From Epithemia pelagica (taxonomy: Eukaryota; Protista; Bacillariophyta), in NCBI GenBank assembly GCA_946965045.2, contig OX337232.1:1426001-1490000 (forward strand): a DNA stretch of 64,000 nucleotides, written 5' to 3'. Positions 32,408-43,886 of this stretch are shown piece by piece; the first letter of the stretch is position 1, and each line of letters opens with the position of its first letter. A model generated the notes under the pieces. That model ran no database searches. It was not told the origin of the DNA and saw only the letters and a list, made by a program, of their open reading frames with translations. The translations under genes were made by a program, and so were the position numbers.

Positions 32408-32620
32408 CGAAAGATATCCACAGCGGACGCTATCACTCACGGTGTAGTTCACAACGACAAGTTCAGAGCATTCAGCAGAAGAGTGAGCACCTCAAGGTGT
32501 GCTCCTCGCATAACGTTACACTAGGATACTTTATCGCTAAATACTGACTCGCCAACCTCTCTTGCGCGCCAGTCGAACACGTGCGGGCGTGACCGGTACT
32601 CGCGCTACCACATTTATTCG
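32408..32620 (-). repeat. 5' LTR
   Basis: 212/213 identical to 26262-26474. Confidence 0.92.
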
Positions 32621-32894
32621 GGTTGATGTGCGACTGATTGGTGTCACTGAATGACCGACACCTAACAGCGAAATTTGTTTGCGTCCAATACGATCAAGTT
32701 GGAACATGGTAAGCTCACTGACGCGGAACAACATTCGATCTTGGTGCTCTCACTTCATTCCAACACACAGCAAGGGCAAACCCTCCGACAATAGTTGTCG
32801 GCCGCAAGATTTCGCCATTTGATCGGAATCCAGTGCACTATTTCCAATCCAACGACAACGCTACCACATATCCCCGAGTGCAACAAGTATCATC

Positions 32895-33959
32895 ATGGAT
32901 GCAAGAGTCCCAACTTATGCAGGGAGCCAAAAGAATCGGTCACTGTACCATCCCACCCTTCCACAAGTGGAGCAACATTCTTTGCAAAATGGTCACAACC
33001 ACAAGGGCCCCCCAGTGGTGGTGGACCCCAGCTATAGTTTTGTGGTGGCAGCTGATACACAGTTTGGCATGACAAAAGATAATCAAGATTGGGAAGCAGA
33101 AAAAGAGTACAGTCGACAGGCCATTGCCTACCTGAATGGCATGAAAGATCGCCCCCTGTTTTGTTGTGTTTGCGGCGATTTGGTCGACATGACTTCCGAG
33201 ATCTATCGAACAAAGGAAGATGATGATGGGGCAAAGGCGGATGGAAGAACGAAAAGGAGTCGGGAAGAGTGCGACAGGATTCAAGACCAACAAAATGCAG
33301 ATTTCAAAGCAATTTGGTCAACTCTTCATCCTGACATTGCCTTGGTTTGTGTCTGTGGCAATCACGATGTTGGAAATAGTCCTACAAAGACTTCCATTGA
33401 AAGGTTTCGATCATCGTTTGGGGACGATTACCTTTCTTTTTGGGCGAAAGATTCTTTCAACATTGTGGTTAATACTTCTCTGTTTAATGACCAGCGCAAC
33501 GCCCCCGATCTATACAGGGAACAATTTGCATGGCTCAAAGACCGCCTACAATACGCTCAGCAGAACCAAGCTCGTCATATTTTTGTTTTTGGACACCACC
33601 CATGGTTCTTGTATCGGGAAGATGAGGACCAAAAAGACATGCAGGGTGCTTCGCCACTTCTTCCCAGTATGGGAGGCATGGGAGTAAAAGATTCTTACTT
33701 TGTGATACCACTGTCTGTACGTCAAAAAGTCATGGCGCTGTTTGCCGAGTATAAGGTTACAGCGGCCTTTGCTGGACATTTTCATCAGAATATGGTGTCC
33801 CGCGCTAGTTTTGGTTTGCAAATGATCGTGACCAGTTCACTCTCTGTGGTTATGCGATCCAATGCCATCCCCAAAGATTTTGAAGAGCCCAATACAAGGG
33901 GCTTGAGAGTCGTCAATGTCGATGCTGCCAGTTTTACCCATAAGTTTGTTTGTATTTGA
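32895..33959 (+). CDS. CPPED1: Calcineurin-like metallophosphoesterase, CPPED1-like
   Basis: ADTQFG, CGDLVD, CGNHD, FGHHP, FAGHFHQN motifs. Confidence 0.88.
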   Translation: MDARVPTYAGSQKNRSLYHPTLPQVEQHSLQNGHNHKGPPVVVDPSYSFVVAADTQFGMTKDNQDWEAEKEYSRQAIAYLNGMKDRPLFCCVCGDLVDMTSEIYRTKEDDDGAKADGRTKRSREECDRIQDQQNADFKAIWSTLHPDIALVCVCGNHDVGNSPTKTSIERFRSSFGDDYLSFWAKDSFNIVVNTSLFNDQRNAPDLYREQFAWLKDRLQYAQQNQARHIFVFGHHPWFLYREDEDQKDMQGASPLLPSMGGMGVKDSYFVIPLSVRQKVMALFAEYKVTAAFAGHFHQNMVSRASFGLQMIVTSSLSVVMRSNAIPKDFEEPNTRGLRVVNVDAASFTHKFVCI

Positions 33960-34223
33960 GGTTGAAATTGTGTCTCGCCTCTTTCTAGGAGGATTATTGT
34001 TTTTACTTATTCTAAAAAGCAAACTTCGATAATCCCTGATGATGAGAGGAAAACCGTTCTAAAGTTCGCCTACGCCTACGGTCTACTCCTACACCTATAG
34101 CGGAAAACCCTATGCTATGGAAGCTATGGATGATGGATGGGATGGCAATTCAGTCGCGCGGGTGACACAATCCACAATCCCCCTCTTTTTCTCATCGACA
34201 TCCAACCTCAGATCTTTTAGAAG

Positions 34224-35888
<1,665 letters not shown>

Positions 35889-36003
35889 GTAAATATGTGA
35901 ATGTGGAATCGACAGAAGGAGGCTTTTCGTAAAACTAGCATTGATTTGCATCTTCTTGTGTAGCAGCTAATAGAAAACATATCTGGACATTTGGTTGAAA
36001 GCA

Positions 36004-37839
36004 CTACTCATATTCCAAGAGTTCCTCTTCACCCCCAAGATTCGCCATGGGATCGCTGCTCCGATCCTTTCCCAATCTATATGCTTCCATATCTTCTGCT
36101 GTCAGGGATTCTGATTCCGCCTTCATGGAATTGTACTTGCGTTTCTTCAAGGATGTTTCATCTTTCTCGGCCACATTGCTCATATCCTTGGCTCGTTCTT
36201 GCGCCTCTCGAACTTTTTCTGGGTCCAATGTTTGATGAACATCAGCTTCTCCGTATAGTTTGGATCGGTTGAGGACTGATAGGTTACCGTTTTGATTCTT
36301 TCTAGTCGATGATAAGGAGGTTGTCGCCTGAACCATTCTTCGAGCTTGGGCGAGTTCGGCTGAACCGGCCTTGCCAGTTCCATATTGCAATTCATTGGCT
36401 TCATCATTCGCCAAACGACCTGCTTCCCCTGTACAATAAGACATTTTTATCAAGGAATGATCGTCCGCGTATCCCCACTGGAAGGCTCCCTTGTGAAAAA
36501 AACTTCCCCAGACTGTATAGTGGCCGTTAGTAAAAACATCTTCTTCGTACTTGGAAGCAATTGCTTCGCGTGGTTGTTGACTTCGTGATGTTTCTTCTCC
36601 ACCAGGTGTGTACGTTTCTACCTTGGTAGAAGCGCCAAATCTTATTTTCCGACTAGGCTTCTTTGTTTCTGCAACAGACGCCAATCCTCCAGTTCCTTCC
36701 AAGTACTCCCCTCCGCCATACTTTTCCAAAACAGCCTTTTTCTGTTCTTTTTTCATGTCCGTCGCCTTGGTTCTATATTGCTTTTTAAGCAGTTCTACTT
36801 GCGAAGGATTCGCTTGAGGATGTACTTCGGCGACTCCCTTTTCCGCTGCATCCCAAGCAAACAGTTGTGAATCGGCCAATTGAATGGCATCCCCGGATAT
36901 ACGAGCAAAGTTATCTCCAGCAAACTGGCTTTCTTCCGGAGCAATTTCAGGATTGGGATTGTCACGCATGGATCGTGACTTTGGATCGTAATAGGCAGAA
37001 TTGGGATCCAAATTGCGCAAATACTTGGCCGTATCTTCACGGATTCGTAAATTGCGTGCTGTCACTTTCATTTGGGCACCTCCTACACCACCCTGACGAG
37101 CCAACCGGGTTGTAATGACCTTATCATCTTCATCGCGCTGTACAAACTCATTGTCACTGTTATTGCCGTCGTCGTTATCGGAATCTACTACGGTAGGTAC
37201 TCCACCTTCCGTCTCACCAGGTGTGTCCCGATCTCCCTTTTCCATTGTTTGTGGTTCTTTTGTTTTCAGTGATTCTCGAATCTTTCTACGTATTCGTTCT
37301 CGTTCTTCGAACCTCGCCGTCAAAATGGCATTGTGCGATTCTTGATCATATCCATGATAGGCATCGCGTTTGCTGTCGTAGGTTTCTGTCATGCCTGTGG
37401 CTTCCACATTGACACTCCTCGTCCCTCGTCGAGTGTGTCGGATACGTGGTCGTTGTTTGTTCGCGAGCAATTTGACGCGACGTTCAATACTCCCATCTTC
37501 GTATTTGAGATCGAATTCCGTTTGTCGGGCATTCACGGATAATATCTGGCAAATTCGATAGGGTAGCTTGTTCTTTTTCAAAGCTTCGACCCACTGCCCT
37601 TTTGTAAACTTGTCATGTATAACGCGCTGTTGGGCAACCAGCGCTTCCGATGCAGCAAGCGATAAGGGAGCCTTCTTATTTAAGGTAGGGGCACTTTGAT
37701 GCTCCAGGGTTGGTTCGTCCGTAGAATCTCCCAAGTACCATGGTTTCTTCGTGATAAACTCTGGATTGTGTGGATTCACCATGGAGGGAGCTTTGTCATC
37801 CATGGTTGCTCCCGCTGATTTCTGGCCTTCCATGGCCAT
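36004..37839 (-). CDS. SLU7: Pre-mRNA splicing factor SLU7
   Basis: NPHNPEFITKKPWY, YDSKRDAYHGYD, RNLRIREDTAKYLRNLDPNSAYYDPKSRSMRDNP, SKYEEDVFTNGH..VWGSF. Confidence 0.95.
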   Translation of the reverse strand: MAMEGQKSAGATMDDKAPSMVNPHNPEFITKKPWYLGDSTDEPTLEHQSAPTLNKKAPLSLAASEALVAQQRVIHDKFTKGQWVEALKKNKLPYRICQILSVNARQTEFDLKYEDGSIERRVKLLANKQRPRIRHTRRGTRSVNVEATGMTETYDSKRDAYHGYDQESHNAILTARFEERERIRRKIRESLKTKEPQTMEKGDRDTPGETEGGVPTVVDSDNDDGNNSDNEFVQRDEDDKVITTRLARQGGVGGAQMKVTARNLRIREDTAKYLRNLDPNSAYYDPKSRSMRDNPNPEIAPEESQFAGDNFARISGDAIQLADSQLFAWDAAEKGVAEVHPQANPSQVELLKKQYRTKATDMKKEQKKAVLEKYGGGEYLEGTGGLASVAETKKPSRKIRFGASTKVETYTPGGEETSRSQQPREAIASKYEEDVFTNGHYTVWGSFFHKGAFQWGYADDHSLIKMSYCTGEAGRLANDEANELQYGTGKAGSAELAQARRMVQATTSLSSTRKNQNGNLSVLNRSKLYGEADVHQTLDPEKVREAQERAKDMSNVAEKDETSLKKRKYNSMKAESESLTAEDMEAYRLGKDRSSDPMANLGGEEELLEYE

Positions 37840-37844
37840 ATTAC

Positions 37845-38090
37845 TCTATAGAAAGTCTCCGAAAGGATTGTCTTTCGATTTCTTGTGAGGAGACAAACCG
37901 GAGAAGAAGCAGTGTTGCGTTCAGTCGTCTTGTGATTGAGTCTAAATGGTGCAAAGGGTAAAGGGGATCTATAGAAAGTCTCCGAAAGGATTGTCTTTCG
38001 ATTTCTTGTGAGGAGACAAACCGGAGAAGAAGCAGTGTTGCGTTCAGTCGTCTTGTGATTGAGTCTAAATGGTGCAAAGGGTAAAGGGGA
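37845..38090. repeat. Exact 123-bp tandem duplication (2 copies) in a divergent promoter
   Basis: 37845-37967 is identical to 37968-38090. Confidence 0.95.
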
Positions 38091-39583
38091 TTGTAATTCC
38101 TCTTCCCGAAAACGAAAAGGGGGCGAAAACGAACGTAATGGGGGCGAGGGGCATCACTCCCACATCCACATGCGACCTAAATGCCAATAGATTTCGAAAA
38201 TCTTCTTGTTCACGCGAGCCACTCCATAAAAACGGCCCGCGCATGCACCCTACCCAAACGAGCTGTTGGCATCAAGATTTGAAACCGAGCACTCCACCAA
38301 TCACCATGACAAGAACAAGCTCCAAGCCTCCTAATCCACCGAAAGCAAAAGACCCTCGACAAAGTCAGGATCAACTCTACACTGTCGCCGTATCAAATGT
38401 TGCGAATTGTGTTCCTCATTTCGAATTTACCGAGACGGCAACGGGCCAAATGGCCTTTGCCAAATACAATCGTGGCTTTCAAGGGTTGCGTTTTGAATCG
38501 GAAATTTATCAACGCTTTCGCAACGTTGGCGATATACTGGTTGCAATCAATACCACCTCAGTGGTCAACATGCCATCTCAGAATGTTCGTTCCCTTATTG
38601 ACTCCTGCTTTATGGTTGACGGGCAGTCCATCTTTGTCATGAAGGAATCCAAACACAAACCTTCCAGCACAACGATAACCTCATCCTCAGCGTCCATACG
38701 TCCTTCAGTATCCACACAGTCACGTGTTTCGAGCAACTCCTCTCACCCACCATCACACTCCACACAACCGCTCACCGCGGCCGCCCAATCGCTTCGAAAA
38801 GCCTTGGAAACTGGTATTGCCAACGATCAACAAACTGTCAAGAAACTCCAGAAAGACTATGCAACCCAACTCACCGCAAAGAAACGCATCGCCTCGACTA
38901 TAGCTGTAACCCAAACGAATTTGGCCCAACTTCGACTGCAGGTCCGACAAGCCGAAACTCGTATTGCACAATTGTCGCAAAAGGAGAAAGAGAAGTCCAA
39001 AGCATGCGACCAACTGCAAGAAGAATTGCAAGCGTTGACATCCGGTTTGAGCAACAAAAAACGATCCCTGGCAGAGGTATCTTCAACGCGTCAAGTGGAA
39101 GCCTCAGCAAGTAGAGGCGCGCAAATTGTTTCCCAAGTCAGTGCAGAGGAGACACAGAACACAAACCAATCTACGCATACGGTCAACAACAGAGTCAGTG
39201 GAAGTCATCGCACTCCAGCTAGAATTCCACAATTAGTGACTGTTCCGAATGAAAATGATGATGTCCAACTCATTGAATCAAGCTCATCGTCACATCCCTC
39301 CAAGTGTCCCATTACAGCTCAAACTATGAAAAATCCAGTCCGAAACAAAGTGTGTGGTCATGTGTATTCCCGAGAAGGAATTGACAAGCTCTTAAAGTTG
39401 ACGCGACAGCGGAAAAAGTCACGATCGGCGGCAGCCCATTGTCCATGCCCCATTGCCGGATGTAAGAATCAAAAAGTTTCACAAGCTCAGTTGTGTGCCG
39501 TGGTTTTGGGCGCACCCAGCACAGTAGTGGATCGCCCTTTGCAACAAGACAAGAAACAACGAGTCCTCGTCGACTTGACGTAG
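38069..39583 (+). CDS. Coiled-coil protein with C-terminal SP-RING (Nse2/Mms21-type) zinc finger
   Basis: CPITAQTMKNPVRNKVCGHVYSREGI...CPIAGC, with a central coiled coil. Start codon uncertain. Confidence 0.7.
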   Translation: MVQRVKGIVIPLPENEKGAKTNVMGARGITPTSTCDLNANRFRKSSCSREPLHKNGPRMHPTQTSCWHQDLKPSTPPITMTRTSSKPPNPPKAKDPRQSQDQLYTVAVSNVANCVPHFEFTETATGQMAFAKYNRGFQGLRFESEIYQRFRNVGDILVAINTTSVVNMPSQNVRSLIDSCFMVDGQSIFVMKESKHKPSSTTITSSSASIRPSVSTQSRVSSNSSHPPSHSTQPLTAAAQSLRKALETGIANDQQTVKKLQKDYATQLTAKKRIASTIAVTQTNLAQLRLQVRQAETRIAQLSQKEKEKSKACDQLQEELQALTSGLSNKKRSLAEVSSTRQVEASASRGAQIVSQVSAEETQNTNQSTHTVNNRVSGSHRTPARIPQLVTVPNENDDVQLIESSSSSHPSKCPITAQTMKNPVRNKVCGHVYSREGIDKLLKLTRQRKKSRSAAAHCPCPIAGCKNQKVSQAQLCAVVLGAPSTVVDRPLQQDKKQRVLVDLT

Positions 39584-40264
39584 GATGACGGCCTGTCTTG
39601 CTTTTGATTCACAACACAACAAGGTCACGACTTCTGCCATTCATTGGATCTGTTGAATGGAAAGCTTCCATTTGACTACCTTAAGACACATTGTATAATC
39701 CGTAATCGTAATTCTATCAAACTGTAAAACTCAACGAATTGATGCTACTTCTACTCTTAGGCAACCCGACTCTATCTGGACCGTTCTAGAACTTGCATCA
39801 AAGTAAACTTTGGTCAGTTTTTGTAAAAGCCCTCGTCATCCGAAGCAGGGCAAACAACTGTGTGATGTCTATAGGGTCGTATCGGACGGCCTCGTCTCTT
39901 CTTCGATCAGGATGGTCAAATAAGTCCACAATCCAGGTCTACCTCGTAAGTGGATATGTTACGAGTTTTGAGTAGACCTCAACACTCCTCTTTAACCAGC
40001 CAGAAGCATGGTAGAAATTGTGACAAACCACACCGTCACGAGCAGTCATTCAACAATTTGCAAGGTATGACAAACTAATGTGCATGACCAATATATTTCC
40101 TTGCTGTGTTCCATTCACCTTTTACCATCGTGTGTAGGAAAATAAGAGCTCCAAAGCGAGAAGTCACAGTCCAGTGAGATCGCTATCCGTATTGACCATT
40201 CTGAACAGACCAGATACGACTGGGCCGAGGAAGATACGTTTGACAGCTCGTCACACAATCAGCA

Positions 40265-40525
40265 TCACTCATCAGAGTCCTCCTCTTTGATATCCCCTTC
40301 ATCATCTTCTTCTTCTGGTGGCAATAAAGGCAAATCATCTTGGTCGAAAATGATTCGTATTTGCAACGTGCACGATGGGCAATTGGCAATGTCGTCACCT
40401 TCGTGGAGGTCCTCCAAAGCAATACGGAACCGGTCTCCACATGGACAAGGATAGAAGTACATCATTTCGGCCTCATCATAGTCCATGTCCTCAATCTCAA
40501 CTTCCTCATAGATCGACATTGACAT
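40265..40525 (-). CDS. DPH3: Diphthamide biosynthesis protein 3 (CSL zinc finger)
   Basis: [30 protein letters not shown]. Confidence 0.95.
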   Translation of the reverse strand: MSMSIYEEVEIEDMDYDEAEMMYFYPCPCGDRFRIALEDLHEGDDIANCPSCTLQIRIIFDQDDLPLLPPEEEDDEGDIKEEDSDE

Positions 40526-40880
40526 CTGACCGAATGAACAATGCCGTGGTGTGGAGGTGATGATGTGATGATGAATGCGATTGGTGGTGCAGGTGCGTGG
40601 CGTGACGTGGCACGAGGTTGGAGCATATGTAGTGACAACCCTTCTTCTTATCCATCCACGTTACCAGGTCCTTTTCACACAAACCGGGATTTATTTGGGA
40701 TCTTTGAACGCGGATCAAAATCTGCATCCGGACAAGATCCAACTCGTAACTACCTACCGTGGCTCTCTGTTGCTGTTACCATTATAATCGTTAGAAAAAT
40801 GATGGCAAAGTCCTCGTAAAAAGAAAAATGCCGGAGCATCGATTGCACCGATTCTGGATCCACAGAATGAGTATATATAA

Positions 40881-41864
40881 CCAGCCGACGATGCCTTGCA
40901 CGAAGGAACCTGGTTGCAGTGGCCACACAATTATGGATGGGACCCATATCATGCCGAAAACTACGATGCCATTTGGAAAGCCATGACCATTTCATTGCAC
41001 AAAGGCGAAAATGTGCACATCATTGTCTTTGACAAGACGGAAGAAGAACGTGTCAAAAATATCCTACAAAAGGATGACCAACCCGATATGAGCAAGATTG
41101 ACTTCCATTGCATGGTCACAGATGACGTTTGGATTCGTGACAATGGTCCAATTTTCACGTTTGACAAGAAAACCAAAGAACTAGTTATAACAGACTGGCG
41201 ATTCAATGGCTGGGGTGGAAAAGAAGATTATTGGTGGTCGAATGGCATTCCAGACAAGGTTGGTGGAGCATTGGGAGTCAAAGTCCACTCGATTCCCATG
41301 GTTCTTGAAGGAGGGTCTATTGAAGTGGACGGACGAGGAACCTTAATGGCGAAAAGAAGTTGTATCCTCAATGAGAACCGCAATCCAGGATGGAAGCAAC
41401 GTGATGTGGAGGAATATTTCCGTCGTTATTTTGGCGTCACAAATTTTATTTGGTTAAACGGAGCCAAAGGAGGAGACTTGACCGATGATCATATTGATTG
41501 TACAGCCCGGTTTGCCAATGGGACGTCCATTGTCACTACGCAACGCGCTGACTTTGAAATTCGACAAGAATATGACATTATCGCGCAAGCCAGGGATGCC
41601 ACTGGGCAAAAGTACAAGATTGTACACCTTCCACTTACAAAGCGCAAAGTTCGGGCTGTTCAAGACTACGGAACCTATGTCAATTACTATGCTGGCAACA
41701 AAGTGGTCCTAGTGCCCTCCTTTGATGACCCAAACGATTCTGTCGCGGCCTCCATTTTGCAGACAGTTTATCCCAACCACAAGGTGGTCTCGATCAATTC
41801 AGTCCCACTGTACAAAGATGGAGGCCTGATTCATTGTGTTACCCAGCCGCAACCTGCTGTGTAG
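40881..41864 (+). CDS. Agmatine deiminase / PPAD-family amidinotransferase; 5' end unresolved
   Basis: HEGTWLQWPH, DDVWIRDNGP, LEGGSIEVDG, TDDHID, GGLIHCVTQPQP (catalytic Cys). An in-frame TAA lies at 40878-40880, just before the conserved N-terminus. Confidence 0.85.
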   Translation, partial: PADDALHEGTWLQWPHNYGWDPYHAENYDAIWKAMTISLHKGENVHIIVFDKTEEERVKNILQKDDQPDMSKIDFHCMVTDDVWIRDNGPIFTFDKKTKELVITDWRFNGWGGKEDYWWSNGIPDKVGGALGVKVHSIPMVLEGGSIEVDGRGTLMAKRSCILNENRNPGWKQRDVEEYFRRYFGVTNFIWLNGAKGGDLTDDHIDCTARFANGTSIVTTQRADFEIRQEYDIIAQARDATGQKYKIVHLPLTKRKVRAVQDYGTYVNYYAGNKVVLVPSFDDPNDSVAASILQTVYPNHKVVSINSVPLYKDGGLIHCVTQPQPAV

Positions 41865-43886
41865 ATGAGATGAACGTCGAGTTGGTTCCAAACGCGTCTT
41901 ATGCTTCTCAGATCGGGGCTATGGTGATACCAAAATGTCATCACACCAGTGATACACCAGTGATGTAGTAATTCGACGCATTGTTGAATTTGCGATGGCA
42001 TTTTTTGAATCTGCTGTCATCGTCTGATTATCCTGGCAGAATGTGCGTAGTTGGGACCGTCGGTTGGCAGAAAAACACGAATGCGACAAAATGATTGCCA
42101 CACGTCATAACGAGTGTTCATATAGAAAATGTGATCCTTGTCCCATGCATACTAGAGCCCACCAAGACGACCATTACAAGTGGGTGTTCTATCCTACTGG
42201 AGAAAAATAGTGGTCAGAAATTGTTTCTCTAGTCGTGACATTGTCATCTGATCAAAGTTGGCCGAACGTGAGTGGCTTGTTGACGTTTTGGCTGCGCACG
42301 GTTATCAGGAAGTATATTTGAACAATCCCACATCAGGATAGAAATGAGGGAGCAAATTTGTTGCAACGTCAAATCCATACCGCTCCACCAGAACCAGAAT
42401 GTGTCATAATAAAGAACAAGCGGTGGCAATTTTGTGCTGAAACCCAGTAGCGTACAATAGCCGCCGCGCGCCTCGCGCCAGCCACTCTACACAATCCTGG
42501 TTCTTTGACGCACGCAGAACAAGGCATTGGAGATGGAGCAAAGGTCGGAACATCCTGCCATTGTTGATGCGATTTCATGAACCTTGGCGAACCATGTTAA
42601 AGCGAGACATTGGACATTCGATACACAGATCTTCATTGCTTCTGTGAGTGAAAAAATCTATCTGAAGGGCACACGCAAAATATTCAGCTCACAAGAGACG
42701 TCTCTGGATTCCCCATCACACCTGATATTCACGTAACGAAGAAATGTGAGCCACTTTTGGGGTTTCGTTCCATCACATCACTTTCCCATCGACGAGAACA
42801 CAGAAACGACACGAACTTAGAGGCGAAGCAACGAGACCCTCGACCAGGTTGATCGGCTCACTATCACCCCATGAGACACTGAATGGACAGACCTGTAACT
42901 TCCTTGTTGTTAATTGGAACAGTCAGACGTATGTTTGCATTTCGAGCGACTAAGCAGGTCGGACATTGTTCCAGAAACGATTCATTGCTGCTTCTGCCAT
43001 TTCCCGAGGCAGAAGTTGCTTCTACGACAACGATTTTCTCAGGCAAATCAAATTGACTGTTGAAATTGTCATATACGACTAGGAACAGCAACCTCGTCTC
43101 TAGCTGGTATTCATTCTATTTCTGCTCATTGCCATTGTTGTATGATGGCTCAACTCGTTCTCCGCCGCTCGAAGTGCAAGACCGTGACTGTGTTGTCAGC
43201 AGGTGCCTCTCATGGTGAATATGTTGCAAGAGCATTTGTCTTCAGACAACGCGGAACAAACGGCTTGCCTAAGTACGACAAGCATTCGTATCAATCGAGT
43301 ACGACTTCGGTTTCTTTCGTGCGGAGGAAAGTGAACACCAAGCCGGTTACGGCGCATCCCTCCATGGAGAAACAGGTAGCCTCATTACGATTACAAGTCG
43401 CAAGCTCTTACACCCGTCTCAATTTTCAACACGCCTGCCAGTCAGCGCTTTGTTGTCAACAAGTCGTGGATCATCCCAACTGCTGCTGTTGCGTGTCACG
43501 ACAGCCGAAAACTCTTCCTTTTTGAATCCAGGCGCTTGGTGGAATGTTTGGGGCTCCGTTGTCCTGTCCTTCTACTTCCCTTGTTTAGCACGAACACCAA
43601 CCATGGGTTCATCTTTTGTCCGCTACGAAGCAAGACTAAATTCAAGCCCCCAGTCTCCCCCAGTGGGACTTACCATAAGTACTTTTTCCCATAATAAAGA
43701 TGGCTGACGCGTAGCATAAAGATATTTATGGGCGTATGATTGCTTAGAGACAATATATTTACCACGAATTCATCACCCTGCGTTTGTTTTGACAATCCAC
43801 CTCTACTTTCACATTCTTGCGTCAACTCCAACCACTGCAACGGCCCTAGATCATCCCCACGAGACGCGCAGGGTGTGTTCCAGGAA

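Larger units (their letters stand above)
26262..32620 (-). mobile_element. Intact, very recent Ty1/copia LTR retrotransposon
   Basis: 213-bp LTRs with 1 mismatch, 4-bp TSD ggtt (26258-26261 and 32621-32624), complete gag and PR-IN-RT-RH pol. Confidence 0.95.
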
